Assembly (NCBI GenBank): GCA_905331295.1
Contig: CAJNYD010000390.1
Span: 1 to 64,000 of the forward strand
DNA length: 64,000 bases
Direction: 5' to 3'
From: Rotaria socialis
Lineage: Eukaryota
Made by a program: the position numbers and the translations under genes. Below the pieces are notes generated by a model that saw nothing but the letters and a program-made list of their open reading frames with translations, ran no database searches and was not told where the DNA came from. Numbering within the stretch: the stretch's first letter is position 1; every line of letters starts with the position of its first letter. Shown here piece by piece: positions 1 to 13,775 of the stretch.

Positions 1-283
1 AAAAACCCTTTTGATGATGGAGAAGAACAATAAATCCCTCACCGTAGAATCAAAAATGCCCTTTTTAAGAAAGTAATAAACCCTTTTCTCGAAACCGCAT
101 ATTAAAATACCCTTGGAGATAAAAATCATGTACCCTTCTCCTTAAATCTCAGATTAATAAACCCTTTTTTTTCTTGTATCATCGTTTTTTCATATACTCG
201 TCGTTTCATAAACCCTTCAAGGGTTTAGCATTATTTGTAGAAAGCACACGGGTTTATTATTCTACTCCTTATTTGTTACAGTG
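1..283. mobile_element. Right end of a probable CACTG/CAGTG-type (CMC/EnSpm-like) non-autonomous element, truncated by the window start
   Basis: Repeated AAACCCT(T) subterminal motifs ending in TTACAGTG at 276-283; same CAGTG terminus as the intact MITE at 26119-26391. Left end not visible. Confidence 0.4.
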
Positions 284-988
284 TTGTGAAAGTCAAAGTT
301 GAGTCAAGTTTCGTTTGAAACCCTTGCACGTTTCGTAATATACCTCTAATAGGCTCCTACAACTGAAAAATTGAGTTGCTTTTCTTTTAAGTTCGCCATC
401 ACAATCCTCCCTGATGTACGCTTATCCTTAAAACTATCAATCTCACCTATCCATTATAGACTTTTCAAATTCAATGTTTATATGAATGTATGTTTAGAGC
501 CGCCAATGCCATTGGATTTTTACACGTTGTCCGACGGAACTATTTGCCAGGTAATTCCATCTTTTGAATGACCATTTTTGTTTTTCTGTTTTAGATTACA
601 CAATTCAAACATTTATCTCAAGTTACATTCAATTCAATACTCACATTGCTCTTCAAATCTATGAGGTGAACAAATAAGACAATTTTACTTGCAACAATTA
701 TATTTGTTTCTTCTTCTGCCATAGATTACTAGGATTTATATTGAAAGGCTTACATTTCTTTCAAGTCATCCCATTCAACATTATTTCAGGTAATTCTACG
801 TTTAACACTATAAATATATCTTTGTTTTATATTATTAGGTCAAAATACTCGCTTCAGGTTTCATTCAACTTTCAAAAGGCTTCTTTCGTCCAAGTCGTTC
901 ACCTTAACAATATTTCAGGTAAATCTATACTTGGGATTACTGTATATCCTTCTTTCTTCTATTGTAAATTATTAGATACAAATATTCT

Positions 989-2094
989 CAAGGGGGAAAA
1001 GCGGCTCCTGCTGGATTCTAGAATCCATCAGGAGCCGTAGATTCCACCAGAATCCACAGAAGCCACCAGAATCCATTTTGATTAATGAGTTTATACCAAT
1101 ACTTTAAACAATTTTCAGTTGCTAAAGAGAACAACGAGACATATATGTCGGATCTATATGACTTTGATCGTATTTTGAAAAAATTACGAAAGTGGCCATG
1201 CATTTTTTCATAGATCTAAATGGTCTATCTATCGTTTCTTGAATCTAAATGTTCAGAAAAAAAACTTACAGATTTTATTGTACACAAAAAGAGAAGAACC
1301 GAAGGAATCATTTTTCATATTATTCTATGATTGAGAATGTGTTACAATAGTTCTGCAAAAATTATTTAGCTTTTTTGTAATATAGACAATACTGTTGATA
1401 AGAAGAATATTATTTTGTTTCTACCGATGACTTTGTCTGTGTATTGATTAATGCTTCATGTTAAATTGCAAAGTTCTAACAAGTACACTAATATGACTTA
1501 GTTTGCAATGATCGGTTCAAATATATAAACTGACAGCTATGTACAAGTTTTGTTTCAAAAATAGTAGGGACTGCTAGCTATAGCAAAAAGTGAAAAAAAA
1601 CATGAATCATTGCTACGTACTACGTAGTTAATAAATTCACCACTCTATCCCATATTCTTATGAAAACAGATTCAAACTTCATGCTTTTCAAGTGATTTAC
1701 AAGTTATATTTTTAACTTTTCCCTTGGCAGCAAAAAGAGTTGCTTGATAACCTTTTACAGGATGTTAATGATTACGAGACTTTATGTTGCGAAGACGAAT
1801 ATCATGCTAAGAAGCTACAATATAAAACCTTAAAAAGCACTTTGTCTAACAGGATAAGCCATTATTTTCGACTAAAAAAAAAGCAAGCGACAGCGATAAG
1901 GAGCAGATACTGATCTTTACATATCTTCAAATATCCATCAAGACCCATAAGAACCCACTGGAGTCTACCAGAATCTAGTAGAATCCAGCAGAATCCACGA
2001 GGAGCTGCCAGAATCCACCAGGGTCCATAGAATCCACCAGGATCCACGAGGAGCCGCCAGAATCCAAGGAGCCAGGAGCCGCTTTTTCCCCTTT
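989..2094. mobile_element. Non-autonomous TIR element (~1.1 kb)
   Basis: CAAGGGGGAAAAGCGGCTCCTG (989-1010) is inverted to CAGGAGCCGCTTTTTCCCCTTT (2073-2094); CCAGAATCCA-type subterminal repeats near both ends; an 'n' at 2095 hides the TSD. Confidence 0.75.
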
Positions 2095-4604
2095 NACTCC
2101 TTTCAGATCGTGTTTCACAAAATATGAGCGGAATATTGCTGCAGTTGTTTCTATTGAAATTCAACTTTATATTATTATGATATCGAAGTGTTTTTCATGG
2201 TTAATACAACATATTAAAATAATCAATTTAAAAAAATGATTCAACAATTTTTTCTTACCTTTTTACTTGAAGAATCAAACATTTGATGTAGATTATCCTA
2301 GAAAGCAGAAAATTAAACGATAAATCTCTCGATTAATAAATTTCATTACTGATTATTGATGTTCAACATAACAAAATATTCAAACAAGAGTTTTAAGGAC
2401 GATTACATTTTGACTCAGGATATTGGCTTAATCAATTAGAATCAAGCGTGTACAAAAAATAGAGGATGATAGAGTAAAAATAGCTGGTTTAGTTTATTAG
2501 AGATATGTAATAATTTTTACATTAAAACAAAAAGTTTCGTAGATTCGAAAAGTAAAATTTCTCATTCAAGACGCCATAGTTATTTGTATAAGTCTTGACT
2601 GCATATGATGTCATTTATCATTTGACTCCATTCATGTTAGACAAGTCGTTTTTAATGTATTTTTGTCGTGAAAAGAATATCAGTGAAATCTGCAAGCTCT
2701 AAAATAAATTTTAAAAAGTCCACAGCTATAACAATTTAAGTTCGATGGATCGAGTTAATCTGTTTCAGAAAGTTGCAGCTTTGATTTTTCATCAGTTAAT
2801 ACTAATCAAGAAATCTATAAAATAATTTTATTATTGAGGAATCACTGAACAAAATAATATATACAATGAGATAGGTAATATACATCACAAGATGATACAT
2901 TTATTTTGGATAAGACACCTGCTGATTTTAAAGTAACAACAAATCGCGTGAAATTGTATTTGTAGATTAAAAGCGAAAAACATAGATATCATTATAAAAT
3001 ATTTAAAGAAGTTGCCTATTCGGAAAAATTCCTGATTATTCGTAGTGAAAATCAGTGAATCGTCTTGTAAACATTTTATATGGTTTTTAGTTATTATCTA
3101 TCATTAAATTTATGTAATGAAAAATAAACTTAAGAGGGAAAGCATCCATACATGACAAGCGACTTTGAATTGGATGCATGTCAGTTTTTTGAACACAATG
3201 AGATGATTCTGCTGGTCCAATGTGCTCAAATCTATGGAACCTTACTACTAGATAAAAACCATGAATGTTAGTCGTAGGAGATCACATTTGAGATAATGAA
3301 TGCTATTGTCTTATACCCAGTAGAATGCGAACAGATAAAACTTAATCCTTGAATGCCTTATTTTTGGTTGTGAATTATCAAATTAATAGACTAAAAGCTA
3401 CGCAAAGATGTTTTACAGTGTATATTGCAACATTGGTATCACTAGGTGGTACATATGGATATAGTATGTAAGTATAAGCATCTCAATGAGCTGAGAAGAT
3501 GTAAATCCATAAATATTGCTATCTTTCATGACGTTTAATTGAGTATTAAATAGACCAAGCCCTCGGTATAGTGTAACATAACATTGAATGATTAACTTAG
3601 GGCTGCAATCTCGTTGAAATTTATGATTTTTTCTCAGGTTTACTCCCTTATGATGTTGCTCAAACCAAAAACGTACTCATTTTTTTTCTCAGAATCTTTC
3701 CCCCTTTGATTTTGAATAAAACTGCTTTGAGTATTTATCAATAGTAGAGGAATATGGCGAGAGTGCGTTTTTTATAGCTACTAATGGAGACAATAATGAT
3801 TGGATGCAACCCGTGATCACATTTCTTAGTATCTCACTTAAGTAATCTAGAGATATAGTCAGTTTTATTGAAAACTCCTTTCACTTCTGTCCACTTGTTC
3901 GAACATATCCTTTATTTACTGCTGTAACTGCCAAGAATATAAATAGAGTAAACTTTTGGATCATCGTGTAGCATTTTTCAGATTTTATTTCTATCAGAAA
4001 ATCGAGGCATTGATTTTTATTGCAGAACGTATCAACATTGCTGATTATTTGTTGACTTTGAACAATCGATTATTAAAAATCTCGACCAGAAATGTTGGTG
4101 TTTCAAATTAAAAAAACCAAAACGTAGTTTAAGAAACCTAGAATGAATCAATACTTGTAAATATGGCTATAGTCTCATTGTGTTTCGTAAAAAGTAAATA
4201 ATTATTTGTTTGTCGTATTTCTCTGTTGCTGCCGAATGAAGGATCTTTTAATCACTAATTCTATATATGTCACAGTTGACATGAGAATTTCAGTTGAGAT
4301 TGGAATGCGCGAAATAAAATTATTTGAATTTCTTCTTTTTTTTTTCCCTGCTCGTGTTTCATAAAATAAAATATATTTAAAAGGAAAAAATATTTTACTA
4401 TTAAATTGAATCGAATGAATGAAAGAAATTATAGGTAAATGATTACCTTGTGTTTTATGTATAATAATAATAAAATTTTTTTTTTAAAATTCTACAGGTA
4501 TGAGTCATAATATAATTAATCTCCTCTGAATTAATCATCAGATAGTATTACAATGATGTTTAGTACATTTTTATATTTGATTTATAAAAGTTGTATAAAT
4601 AAAA

Positions 4605-4775
4605 AAATTTATTTTTCTCAGATAAATTCAATGTCCCCATGTCCCCATAGTTTGAAAAATACAGAGAGAGTGAATTTATCATTGAAAAATAAAAATACAA
4701 AATTTATTTTTCTCAGATAAATTCAATGTCCCCATGTCCCCAAAGTTTAACAAATGTACAGAGAGTTGAATTTAT
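4605..4775. repeat. Local tandem duplication (~95-bp period)
   Basis: AATTTATTTTTCTCAGATAAATTCAATGTCCCCATGTCCCCA...ACAGAGAG...TGAATTTAT occurs twice. Confidence 0.8.
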
Positions 4776-5084
4776 ATGAAAACCTTGTAAAAAGATGGAA
4801 GGAATAATTATCAATACAAAATTTTCTAAAGGCAGATCTCAACAAAAATTCTATTAAAAAAATTAAGAAAAATTTATTCCAAACTCGCCTGCCACATATA
4901 TAAATAATAAATCTAAAAATGAAAAGAACCTCTTCGATTTATCAAAAAATAATAATTCAATTATGTGTCATAAGAATTAGAAGTCGCTGAATTTATATGC
5001 TCATCACAAAACTATCGATACTATCAAAAGCACGAGAGTCATATCATATATACTTGTATTAAATTAAGAAATAACCTATAACGN

Positions 5085-5459
5085 TGGTATACTATGGATT
5101 GTAATTCAGGAATATGTCCTAAACTATCGAAAGAAGAAGGTGCTGGTCTTTGCCTGCATGCATCCGAACTTCCATTCGTATTTGGCACTGAAAGTGATTA
5201 TCGATCGATGAATCCAATTAATTGCACATGGGATAATCAAACACGAATATATTCAAATAAAATTATTTCACATTGGACAAATATGGCTGCATATGGAAAG
5301 CCATTAGAACTGTGAAAGAAATATCACCCATCAGCACCAAAATTCTTACAGCTCATGCCATATCATGAATTTTCTATGGAATCATGGAATAGTGATTGTT
5401 CAATTTTTGATAAAATTGAGCAAGATGATCTTTTCGAAATGTTCGGTAGTAATATTTAA
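5085..5459 (+). pseudogene. Type-B carboxylesterase C-terminal fragment with an in-frame stop
   Basis: Catalytic-His motif CLHASELPFVFG and HWTNMAAYGKP; TGA at 5313-5315 where W of WxxY is expected; frame continues KKYHPSAPKFLQL...C..FD to TAA 5457-5459. 5' part is lost at the 'n' at 5084. Confidence 0.8.
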
Positions 5460-6024
5460 TAGGCATATGAAATTATAGAACTTACATTGTTTGATTGTAC
5501 TGTTTTGTAACAAGAAAATCTCAATATTTTTCTTGATAGCCCTTACAGTTACAGGATGAGATATATACCGATCCTCCATAAATTGAAAATTCAATGAATT
5601 TGAGGAAACCAAGTGGAATTCAGTGCTTGGAGCACCAACATTTTAGTTTTAAGTTTTCGTCTTTGTACTTCCGTCAATGGGGTTGCGTGTTACAAATTTT
5701 CTGCCCATCTGATCGTAGAAGGCCTTGAATTTCCAATTGATTGATGATGGGTACTACTGGTTCTTAATGAAATATTCGTCCATTTAAAAAAATCTTCATA
5801 ATTATTTAAAAGATCTGGTAGCTCATGAAAAAATATGCTTCCTCTCTAACAGAAATTTGTACACTATTTTAGTTCTTATTTAGTGATCGGCAATTCAAAA
5901 TTAATATATTTCTCTTTTTTTGAGTAGTAAACAAATATTTTTAATAGCAACATTTTGTTAAATAACGCAAAACTTTAATGGGTTCTAACATGAAGACCCA
6001 GGCCAAAAATAAACACAGATCTTA

Positions 6025-6342
6025 TAAGATGGGTATGGGTGTGGGTGTGGGTTGAGGGAGGCTAAGGAGTAACTGTGGGTGGCGGTGCGTGTGAAGGGAT
6101 TGGTAGAATGGGTACCAGGAAAGGGTGCTTGGTGGGGGTGCCCAGGGTACTTTAAGTGTGGCTGTGGGTAATGGTTACCATGGAGCAGTGCTCAAATGTG
6201 GGTGTGGGTGAAGGGTATATATGTATTCATATGTCGCATATATCGGAAAGTTAAATTAAAACTAAATCTATTCCTAGATTTAGTTTTAGTTTAACTTTTT
6301 TTTTTCTCCATTTATATTCGAACTTGAACTAGACAGCTACTC
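6025..6342. mobile_element. Dispersed repeat, copy 1: TGTGGG-rich body plus 24-bp hairpin
   Basis: Aligns with 34071-34436; hairpin arms 6247-6270 and 6275-6298. Confidence 0.8.
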
Positions 6343-7302
6343 GAAAGAACGGTTGACGTATGTGCATCTCGAGTTGGATTGCACATATAAGAAATACGTA
6401 ACTTATAAAGACGAAGCAAGAACGTATAAGAATAAGTAAATAAATAACTTGTTAGAGTACTCTCTAACAGTGATTATTTACACTCGATTTCACAGTTATC
6501 TTCTTGTAATCAATCAATAACTTTAAATAAATAACTATCAAGGATTTAAATGGAAAAATATTTATTTACAAAGTATCTGCTTTCAGAATGACTCTTCTTC
6601 TGATCTGCTTAGAGAATCAAGAAATCTTATGAGTTGATAAAAAAAGTCATAGTTAAATAGGTTGTTACTATTTTCTTTTGTTAAAAATAAACTTGCTTTT
6701 CCTTCATAAACTGGAAATCTTTTTTGGATTCTACCAAATTAAATGGAAAACCTATTAAAATATTATGCTATTCATCGTTAAAAATAACTGCTTCTTTTTT
6801 CTTGCTGTTACTCTTTTTAAAAAGAAAGAAGACAAGTAGGTGACTATAGTTTTCTTCAGGGAATTACTATAAAAGAACAAGATATGCATGATGAGCGAGT
6901 ATTGTTCGTTGATTTTGACTTTTTCATAATTACAAAACCCTCCTACAGAATAGAAGCCAATGGGTGGTGTCTCTGCGACGCAAGCTATAATTTTGTAACA
7001 AAATATGCCCTGATGCCAGTTTTTACGTTATCTGATAGAAAAATATTCATCCTTTCATTTTTCATCGGTTTTAGTTCATTTTCATGGAGTAAACCTTGAT
7101 TTTCAACGGAGCAATCTAACCCAGTGGGTGGGCTTCTTCTGTGTAGGGGTTTAACATAAAAGATAAAAGTATTATCTATATTACTTCAGAAAAAACGCTC
7201 TACCGAATTATTTGAATGAAATGATCTTCTTCTTTTTCACTACGAAAGATGTATCATTGTTACCAACCAGTACAAAATTCATAATGTTTTTTTGAAATTG
7301 TT

Positions 7303-8283
7303 ATGAATAATCAAACAAATAGCACTTCGTTAGTATCGGAAGAAATATCATTCAGAATCAGCTTAATACAACGGATTACTACAATGTCATTATTAATTGC
7401 ATTCGCTATACCATCCTTAACCTGTTTTCTTGTTATCTTTTATTATTTTATTCAATTGCGTAAAAAATTGCTTTTTGATCGTATCAATCATCACGTTATT
7501 TTATGCATATTAATCAGTGATTTCTTGTTGATTACAACTGAACTACCATTTTCATTGAGCTACCTTTCATTCGGATACATGCAGTCAACAAAAATATGTC
7601 TATTTTGGACTTTTTGGGATTATTATCTTCAAGCGGCCACATTATTTCTAACAATGTATGCAGCAATTGAACGTTACTTATTAGTATTTCATAGACAGTG
7701 CATTATGAAAAATAAATTATTCTTTCACTATATTCCATTAGGATTCGTTTGCTGTTATAGTTTCGGTATTTATCTTTATTTTATTCCACTGTTTTCATGT
7801 AAACCAAATTATTCGTACGACTTAGCTGCGTTCGTTTGCGGAGGACCATGTTATTTAAATGCTTTTGTTCAAAATATATATGACACAATTATTGATATTA
7901 TGTTACCAACTTGTGTTCTTTTGGTTTTCAATCTATTGATGATTGGTCGTGTGATTAGATACAAACGCAAAGTATCACCGTCGACACGAGTATCGAATAT
8001 ATTGAAAAAAAGCCGACGAATGATTTTACAATTATTAGCCATAAGTTTAATGACTTTACTAAATTGGACGCCTTGGATTTTTATAATTTTAGTACATGAT
8101 TTTTATGATCCATCATTTGGTGAACAATTCATCACTATTTTTCTCCACTATCTGCCATATTTTACCAGTTTTGCGTCACCGTTTTTGGCATTGATTAATC
8201 TACCGGAAATACGTGAGGAATTCAAGAAAGTAATGAGACAACTCATGACTACATTACATATACTGAATTCAACTCAAGTATGA
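7303..8283 (+). CDS. Intronless class A (rhodopsin-like) 7TM GPCR
   Basis: 326-aa ORF with seven hydrophobic segments, N-terminal NxT/S sites, ISD in TM2, Cys before TM3, IERY (DRY equivalent), WTP in TM6, SPF in TM7. Confidence 0.9.
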   Translation: MNNQTNSTSLVSEEISFRISLIQRITTMSLLIAFAIPSLTCFLVIFYYFIQLRKKLLFDRINHHVILCILISDFLLITTELPFSLSYLSFGYMQSTKICLFWTFWDYYLQAATLFLTMYAAIERYLLVFHRQCIMKNKLFFHYIPLGFVCCYSFGIYLYFIPLFSCKPNYSYDLAAFVCGGPCYLNAFVQNIYDTIIDIMLPTCVLLVFNLLMIGRVIRYKRKVSPSTRVSNILKKSRRMILQLLAISLMTLLNWTPWIFIILVHDFYDPSFGEQFITIFLHYLPYFTSFASPFLALINLPEIREEFKKVMRQLMTTLHILNSTQV

Positions 8284-9154
8284 CTAATGGATAAGACGAG
8301 CAATATTTATAACCAGCAAGTAATCAATCGTAGATCACCACATTGAAAACCGCTCAGCGTAATGGGACAATTACTCACAAAATAAAAGCATTTTTTTATA
8401 TTTTTTGTGTTTCATGTGTTTCTGGCATTTGTTGTATTTCTTATTGGACTCCATGTATATGTTACGGTGAAATTTTAAATTTGCCCAGTCAAAGTTCTAA
8501 TTTGAATATTGACTATTATAGAAAAAGTATCAATTTCTTTTAAGAGTGCTCTTCTTTCCTGTTGCGTCGTTTCGTTTGTAGACGTGTGTTAAAAATGAAT
8601 ATGATTTGAAAAAGAAAAAAGTCTTCTTTCACAACCCTTTCATCGAAGAGAAAAAGCGGTCAATATTTGTCTCACGACTTTTTCATCAAATATTATTTGT
8701 CTATTTGAATAATTAAGGAATAACACTAATCTGTGCATAAAGAAAATATACTTGTAATCGTTCAATAATTATTCGAATATCTATACTTGAAAGGAACCAA
8801 ATTGATATTCAGATATGCCAAATATATATTGTTTTACAAGATTTATTTGAGCAACAAAAAGAAAATTTTAATTATACCAGCTGAAGATCGAGACGATATG
8901 AACAGCATTCCAAATATACTACTATATCTGTTATACTTCAAACTGACTGACTTAGGAGCGTTGACATCAAGCAAAAGCAGTGGAATAAAATAAAACAAAA
9001 TAGTGCAATTGGTTTATTCATTTTCTATTTATGCCATTAGCCTATAGAAAAATACATAATTGTTTTCATTGACGATATCGGCCAAATAGAACGAGCGATT
9101 ATAAATAAGCAATGATTGACATTCATAAACTAACAAAAATAGATATAGGTGAAA

Positions 9155-11309
9155 ATGAACACGAAATATTCAAACGTCCAATTGTGGGATCTACCTGATG
9201 AAATTCTTATGACTATTTTTGAAAAATTGAATAATGTTGCAGTGCTTAACTCTTTAATAGATGTTAGTAAACGATTAAATGAAATTGTACATGAGCCAAT
9301 TTTTACAAGACATTTATCATTAATGAGGCGGCTGTCAAATAACTGCGTTCGTCCATTACCTAATTCAATACTTGATCGATTTTGTTTACGAATTTTAACT
9401 GATATTCATGATAAAATCAATTTAGCTTGATCTTGAATCATCATCTATGGAACTTATTTTTCTTTCCGGAAATTATCCTAATTTATACGGACTTGGCTTA
9501 TTCGATATTCAACAAGAAACAGTCTTACGTCTTTTTACTGGTAAGATATTTGACTCCAATTCTTTCAGTGATAAATAAATTCAAATTAGAAAACAAAAGT
9601 ATTTGATGTTTATTTCTATGCATGTGAAGAGAATTGTCATAAAATATTTCGTTTGAAATAGAAAATAAATATTTAATATAATAAACATCTTAGAAGAACA
9701 AAATCCATATTGTCATTAACTTAAAATTTAAAAGATAAATGTTAAATAAAATAGATTACAGGAATTAACGATTGAGATAAAATCTAATATTTGTAATACA
9801 ATATAATCTATTAGATAATCCTAAAAAACACGATCCACTGTGTAGACAGCATCATTAAAAAATGAAAAATAAAATGGTACTCCGTTATTACAGGCTCCAT
9901 CTCTCCCTCACTGATATTGCACTGCGTTCCGTCAATGTAGAGTACCAGCTAAGGAGTTACCAATTAAAATACATACTTAAATTTAATTAACAATCGAAAA
10001 CCTAATAAAATATTTTCTCAATGATTATTTTATTGTTTAGATGAAATTCTTTTAACTAACACCATCAAAAATCAAATGGTATCAGTTGCTATTGGCATTA
10101 ATACAAATGAAATACGAAGTTCAATAAATAACGGGAATCCACTTATATTTACACATATCTTTACTATATTCAATAATTTGCGATATTTAAGTTTTGGTCC
10201 ATCGTGCTTATGGTATCAACGATTATCGTTTAACGAATTTCTAACTGTTGCCTCTTCAACTCTGTTAGAGTTACATGTATGTCTGAGTTATTTTGATGAC
10301 TGTCTTTATTTACTGGACGGTCGTTTCAATCAACTTCATACATTTTGTGTTGATCTTAAATACATCCTTTCTTCGGGTCTAACAATTAGTAAGGTAGATT
10401 ATTGTTAATTGATATCTGACTTATTCAAATGGATTAATAATATTGCTTTTTCTAGGAAACGCTGCCTCATTTGAAGTGTTTCACACTTTATTGCGATATG
10501 GATACAGAGTTTTATGATGAATTAATGATACCACTTCTACATCGAATTTAGACAAACTCGATCTATGCTTAACGAGTTTTCTCGATAATAGATTTATTGA
10601 TGATTAGGAGTTGAAAAAGAATATTATCAGTCATATTCCACAATTGGAGAGATTTACATTTAATATTCGTTCATTGATTCATTATCATAATCAAATTGAT
10701 TTAACATCAAATAAAGATATCCAATATACACTCATGGATTTTAAAGATGATCACATTATCTCTTGTGTGGATTATTCTTCAGTGTCCGAAGAAGGACACT
10801 GTCATATTTATTCATATCCATATCGATCGAAATATTATAACAATATAACAAATAATTTTCCAGGCGGACTATTTCAATGTGTTAGTAAAGTATCATTTTT
10901 TGATGAACGTCCTTTTGAACATGAATTTTTTCTTCGAATTGCTCGATCGTTTCCATTATTGAAAAAATTAACTTTAATTAACAAGAAACCTCAAAATAAC
11001 AAAGGATATAGAACATCAAAAAATGACAATCAAGCTTTATCAATTGTAAACTACCGTCATCTTATTCAACTTCATCTTACTAAAGCTCATTAAGATTACG
11101 TCGACCAATTTTTAGTTGATATCAAGATGTGTTTGTCAAATGGTATCCATCTTTTTGTGGATTATAAGTCTTTGCAGAGCGTAATACATGATTTTACAAA
11201 AGATGTGACACGAACCAATTGTGTGAAAGTCAATCACATACTTTTAATTAATAAACCAGAAGTTCTTCTGCATTTAAAAGACTATTTTCCTCATACAAAA
11301 ATATTTTGA
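9155..11309 (+). pseudogene. F-box domain protein pseudogene (3 exons: 9155-9540, 10041-10392, 10456-11309)
   Basis: F-box LWDLPDEILMTIFEKL; family motifs DCLYLLDGRFNQLHT, CHIYSYPY, NNFPGGLF, DERPFEHEFFLRIA; frameshift/stop near 9421-9430, frameshift near 10545, in-frame stops at 10605 and 11091; GT-AG introns. Confidence 0.88.
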
Positions 11310-11726
11310 TTATCACGAACTATTATTCGAATAAAATTTAAACAAAAAAGAAAAGAAAATTGTATATTTTGTATGAAATATACGATCAATTTAAGGAAGG
11401 CTAAAATTTCTGGGCCTTTTCAACCGGTCCAAGTCACCGGGATTTTGAACACGGTCGAATATTCCTGTAACCTTATGTGAATGTCAAAAGACGGGTGGCG
11501 TTAAGAGCCGAAATCGGCCCCCTGTAGGAATCGGGACTTTCTCTACCAAAATTATCAAAAACGATGACACAAATTGTTTTATAGCAAAATCAGTTCAATA
11601 TATTATATGTTTTGTAGGTACAGACAGTTCGAACTTTAATACTCAATCTGAAGATTTAACCTTATGTTTCGTTTTAAATACGCCTAACATCCACTGACTT
11701 CGTAACTTCTAACACTTCTCATTCAC

Positions 11727-11990
11727 TAGATCTTGATCAGATCTAGAGTTTTATGTAAAAAAATTAGATGAAAACCTTGGCATGGGGGTCATCACAAGGG
11801 GAAATATCAAATTTTTTGATAAATAATCCTGATCTCTGAAAAAATGGCTAAGAGAATAGTCTCCATTTTAATCGGAACCATTATGAATTCTGTATTAAAA
11901 GATAGATCTCGATCAGATGTAGAGTTCTATGTAAAAAAATTGCGAAAACAACCTTGGCCCGGGGATCATGATATAGGGTATATATCAAAT
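11727..11990. repeat. Two diverged ~85-bp direct repeats inside a TE relic
   Basis: TAGATCT(T/C)GATCAGAT(C/G)TAGAGTT(T/C)TATGTAAAAAAATT...AACCTTGGC...GGGG...TATCAAAT at ~11727-11811 and ~11903-11990. Confidence 0.7.
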
Positions 11991-12120
11991 CCGCAATTAC
12001 GGGTCACAGTTTCATCGTAATGAAATACATGGGTACTTACTGAAAGAGCAAAATTTGTGTGCCTCATTCCTGTTGTATCATTGTTCTATGTACGCTATTA
12101 ATGTAATGCATATTGTAAGT

Positions 12121-12424
12121 CCCAGGTCGTTCATTCCTACAATCGGATCCAATCGGATCTGAAAATGGGTTGCACCGGATCTTACATAAAAACTGACAAG
12201 AACCAACAGATTCTGTCGGATTCCGGGTTTCGGGCCGTGATTCGGATCCGTAGGATCGGAATCCGATACTATTCGATCGTATTCTACTTTGGGATCCAAT
12301 GCGCCAAAAAACTATGCTGTACTCAACTTCTAAAAAGTTCTTTTCCACTAAATAGAATTTTGATATTTTTTTAAATTCTTCCATCGGATCCGATAGAATC
12401 CGTCGTCGGATGAGTCGACCTGGG
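12121..12424. mobile_element. MITE with CCCAGG termini and 2-bp TSD (CMC/EnSpm-like)
   Basis: ~40-bp imperfect TIRs CCCAGGTCG.../...CGACCTGGG; GT on both flanks (12119-12120, 12425-12426); internal TCGGATCCG repeats. Confidence 0.85.
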
Positions 12425-12870
12425 GTGTTTTAAAAAGTTCCTTTGTCGTAAATTGTTGGCGTCGTGTATTATTATAATGCCGTTTGCTTGTCAAAGTTGC
12501 GCTCGAATTGATTGTTATCTATTTTATGTGTTTATCTCATGGGTATTGTACATAACTGGGAAGAAAGTTCAAATGATGAACTATTATTGAGTTTTTTTTT
12601 GTTATCATATGTTTGTCGTGTTCTTTTCCTTTTCCCTTTTCTTTTCTTCGCATATATGTTTTCTACATATTCATCTGATCCTAATCATAATGTTTTTTTT
12701 ATCTACCACTCATCATGCTCAATGTAACTTTGCAGTGAATATAACAATACATCATTAATGAATTTATCGTGTGCCCTGCCCTTCATGTTTATGCTTATAA
12801 TGATTGTTCGTTCTCTTTTCTTACTATAGGATATTTTCTTCTTCTCTCACTGAGTTACTTTCGCTTCGCT

Positions 12871-13657
12871 CCCAATTCGTCCCCTCCGCAGTAATTGACT
12901 CTCAATTCGACCCCCCCCCCTCCAATTCAATGGCTACTAATTGGTGACTAATTTGATAAACAGATGATTTTCAACAGTCAGCTGTTTTATTCAAGAGTAA
13001 TACAAAGAACAAAAAAAATCATTTCACAAGTTTTGTCTTCAAAGCGCGTCCGCGTTTAATCACGAGTTGTATATCAGTGATAAATCCATCCTTATGGTCA
13101 TTAAGAAGGAGCTCAAGATTCTCGTCAATAGCATCGTTCATCTGCTTTCGTTTTCACAGGTGAACTCCCGACTCTTCGGACTTGTGATGCTGGTATTCGT
13201 GCGCGGTAATTTGTTGACCAACAATTCGTGAACATTCCCCATTTTTGCGTGATAGCGCGCAGAGCTGCTGTCAACGTATGTAGAAACGAGGTAGTCATTG
13301 AACTTGGTTGCAGATGCGTGCTCCGGAGTATATTCGTCCATAACTTCCGTTCAAGTACGTTCAACCAGTTCAGAAGGAATCAAGGCGAGACCAATAGCAG
13401 CATTTCTCAGAGCAAGGAGAATGTCAGTAGTGAAACTAATACACTAATAAGAAAGCACATCATATATATATATGTCGAGTGCTCGACGCAGTAATCAATT
13501 TTCTTATTGATGACTATTACTCTTATATTTGTTTCTATTTGTTTCTGGACAGGAACGAGATAATTGGGACGACGACTTGAGAATCAATCAGCTAGGAACG
13601 ATTTTTTTGGGGGACGAGTTGAGTCAATTAAGGGAGGACCAGTTGAGTTAATTGCCC
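12871..13657 (-). mobile_element. Internally deleted Mutator-like (MULE) element
   Basis: Degenerate TIRs (CAATTCGTCCCC..TAATTGACTC / GAGTCAATTA..GGACCAGTTGAG); minus-strand IGLALIPSELVERT*TEVMDEY...FNDYLVSTYV...LPRTN resembles the MULE transposase C-terminal ALAFLP...FxDYF...PRTNN region. Confidence 0.7.
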
Positions 13658-13775
13658 ATGTTGCGAATACCGGATCATTTTTTGTGGTAAACCGCGGTAT
13701 TTATCGGTTCTGCGGTAATGAGAGCCGGTAACCGGACCGGTAAAACCGCGGTTAACCGCCGATTTTCATGCGGTT
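13657..13775. repeat. GC-rich subterminal segment of another TE (ACCG/CGGT motifs), partial
   Basis: CATGTTGCGAATACCGG followed by clustered AACCGCGGT/ACCGG motifs; no partner end found. Confidence 0.35.

Noticed and set aside
1..230. AAACCCT motifs as plant-type telomere repeats
   Set aside because: Dispersed rather than tandem; better explained as subterminal motifs of a CAGTG-ended element.
590..960. Possible small exons ending ATTTCAG|GTAA
   Set aside because: Splice-like signals are present, but no coherent ORF or recognisable domain could be assembled.
1940..2080. CCAGAATCCA periodic repeats as a CRISPR-like array
   Set aside because: No unique spacers and no cas genes; they are subterminal repeats of a TIR element in eukaryotic DNA.
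5313..5315. In-frame TGA in the esterase fragment as selenocysteine or an alternative genetic code
   Set aside because: The position corresponds to Trp (TGG>TGA); intact genes here use TGG for Trp and TGA as stop; no SECIS evident.
6345..6469. LTR-like 3' end (TATAAA, AATAAA, ...CTCTAACA)
   Set aside because: No matching TG start with a TSD could be found.
12064..12384. Overlapping ORFs at 12064-12384, and similarly 1862-2164 and 26076-26542
   Set aside because: They are translations of MITE repeats with no protein motifs.
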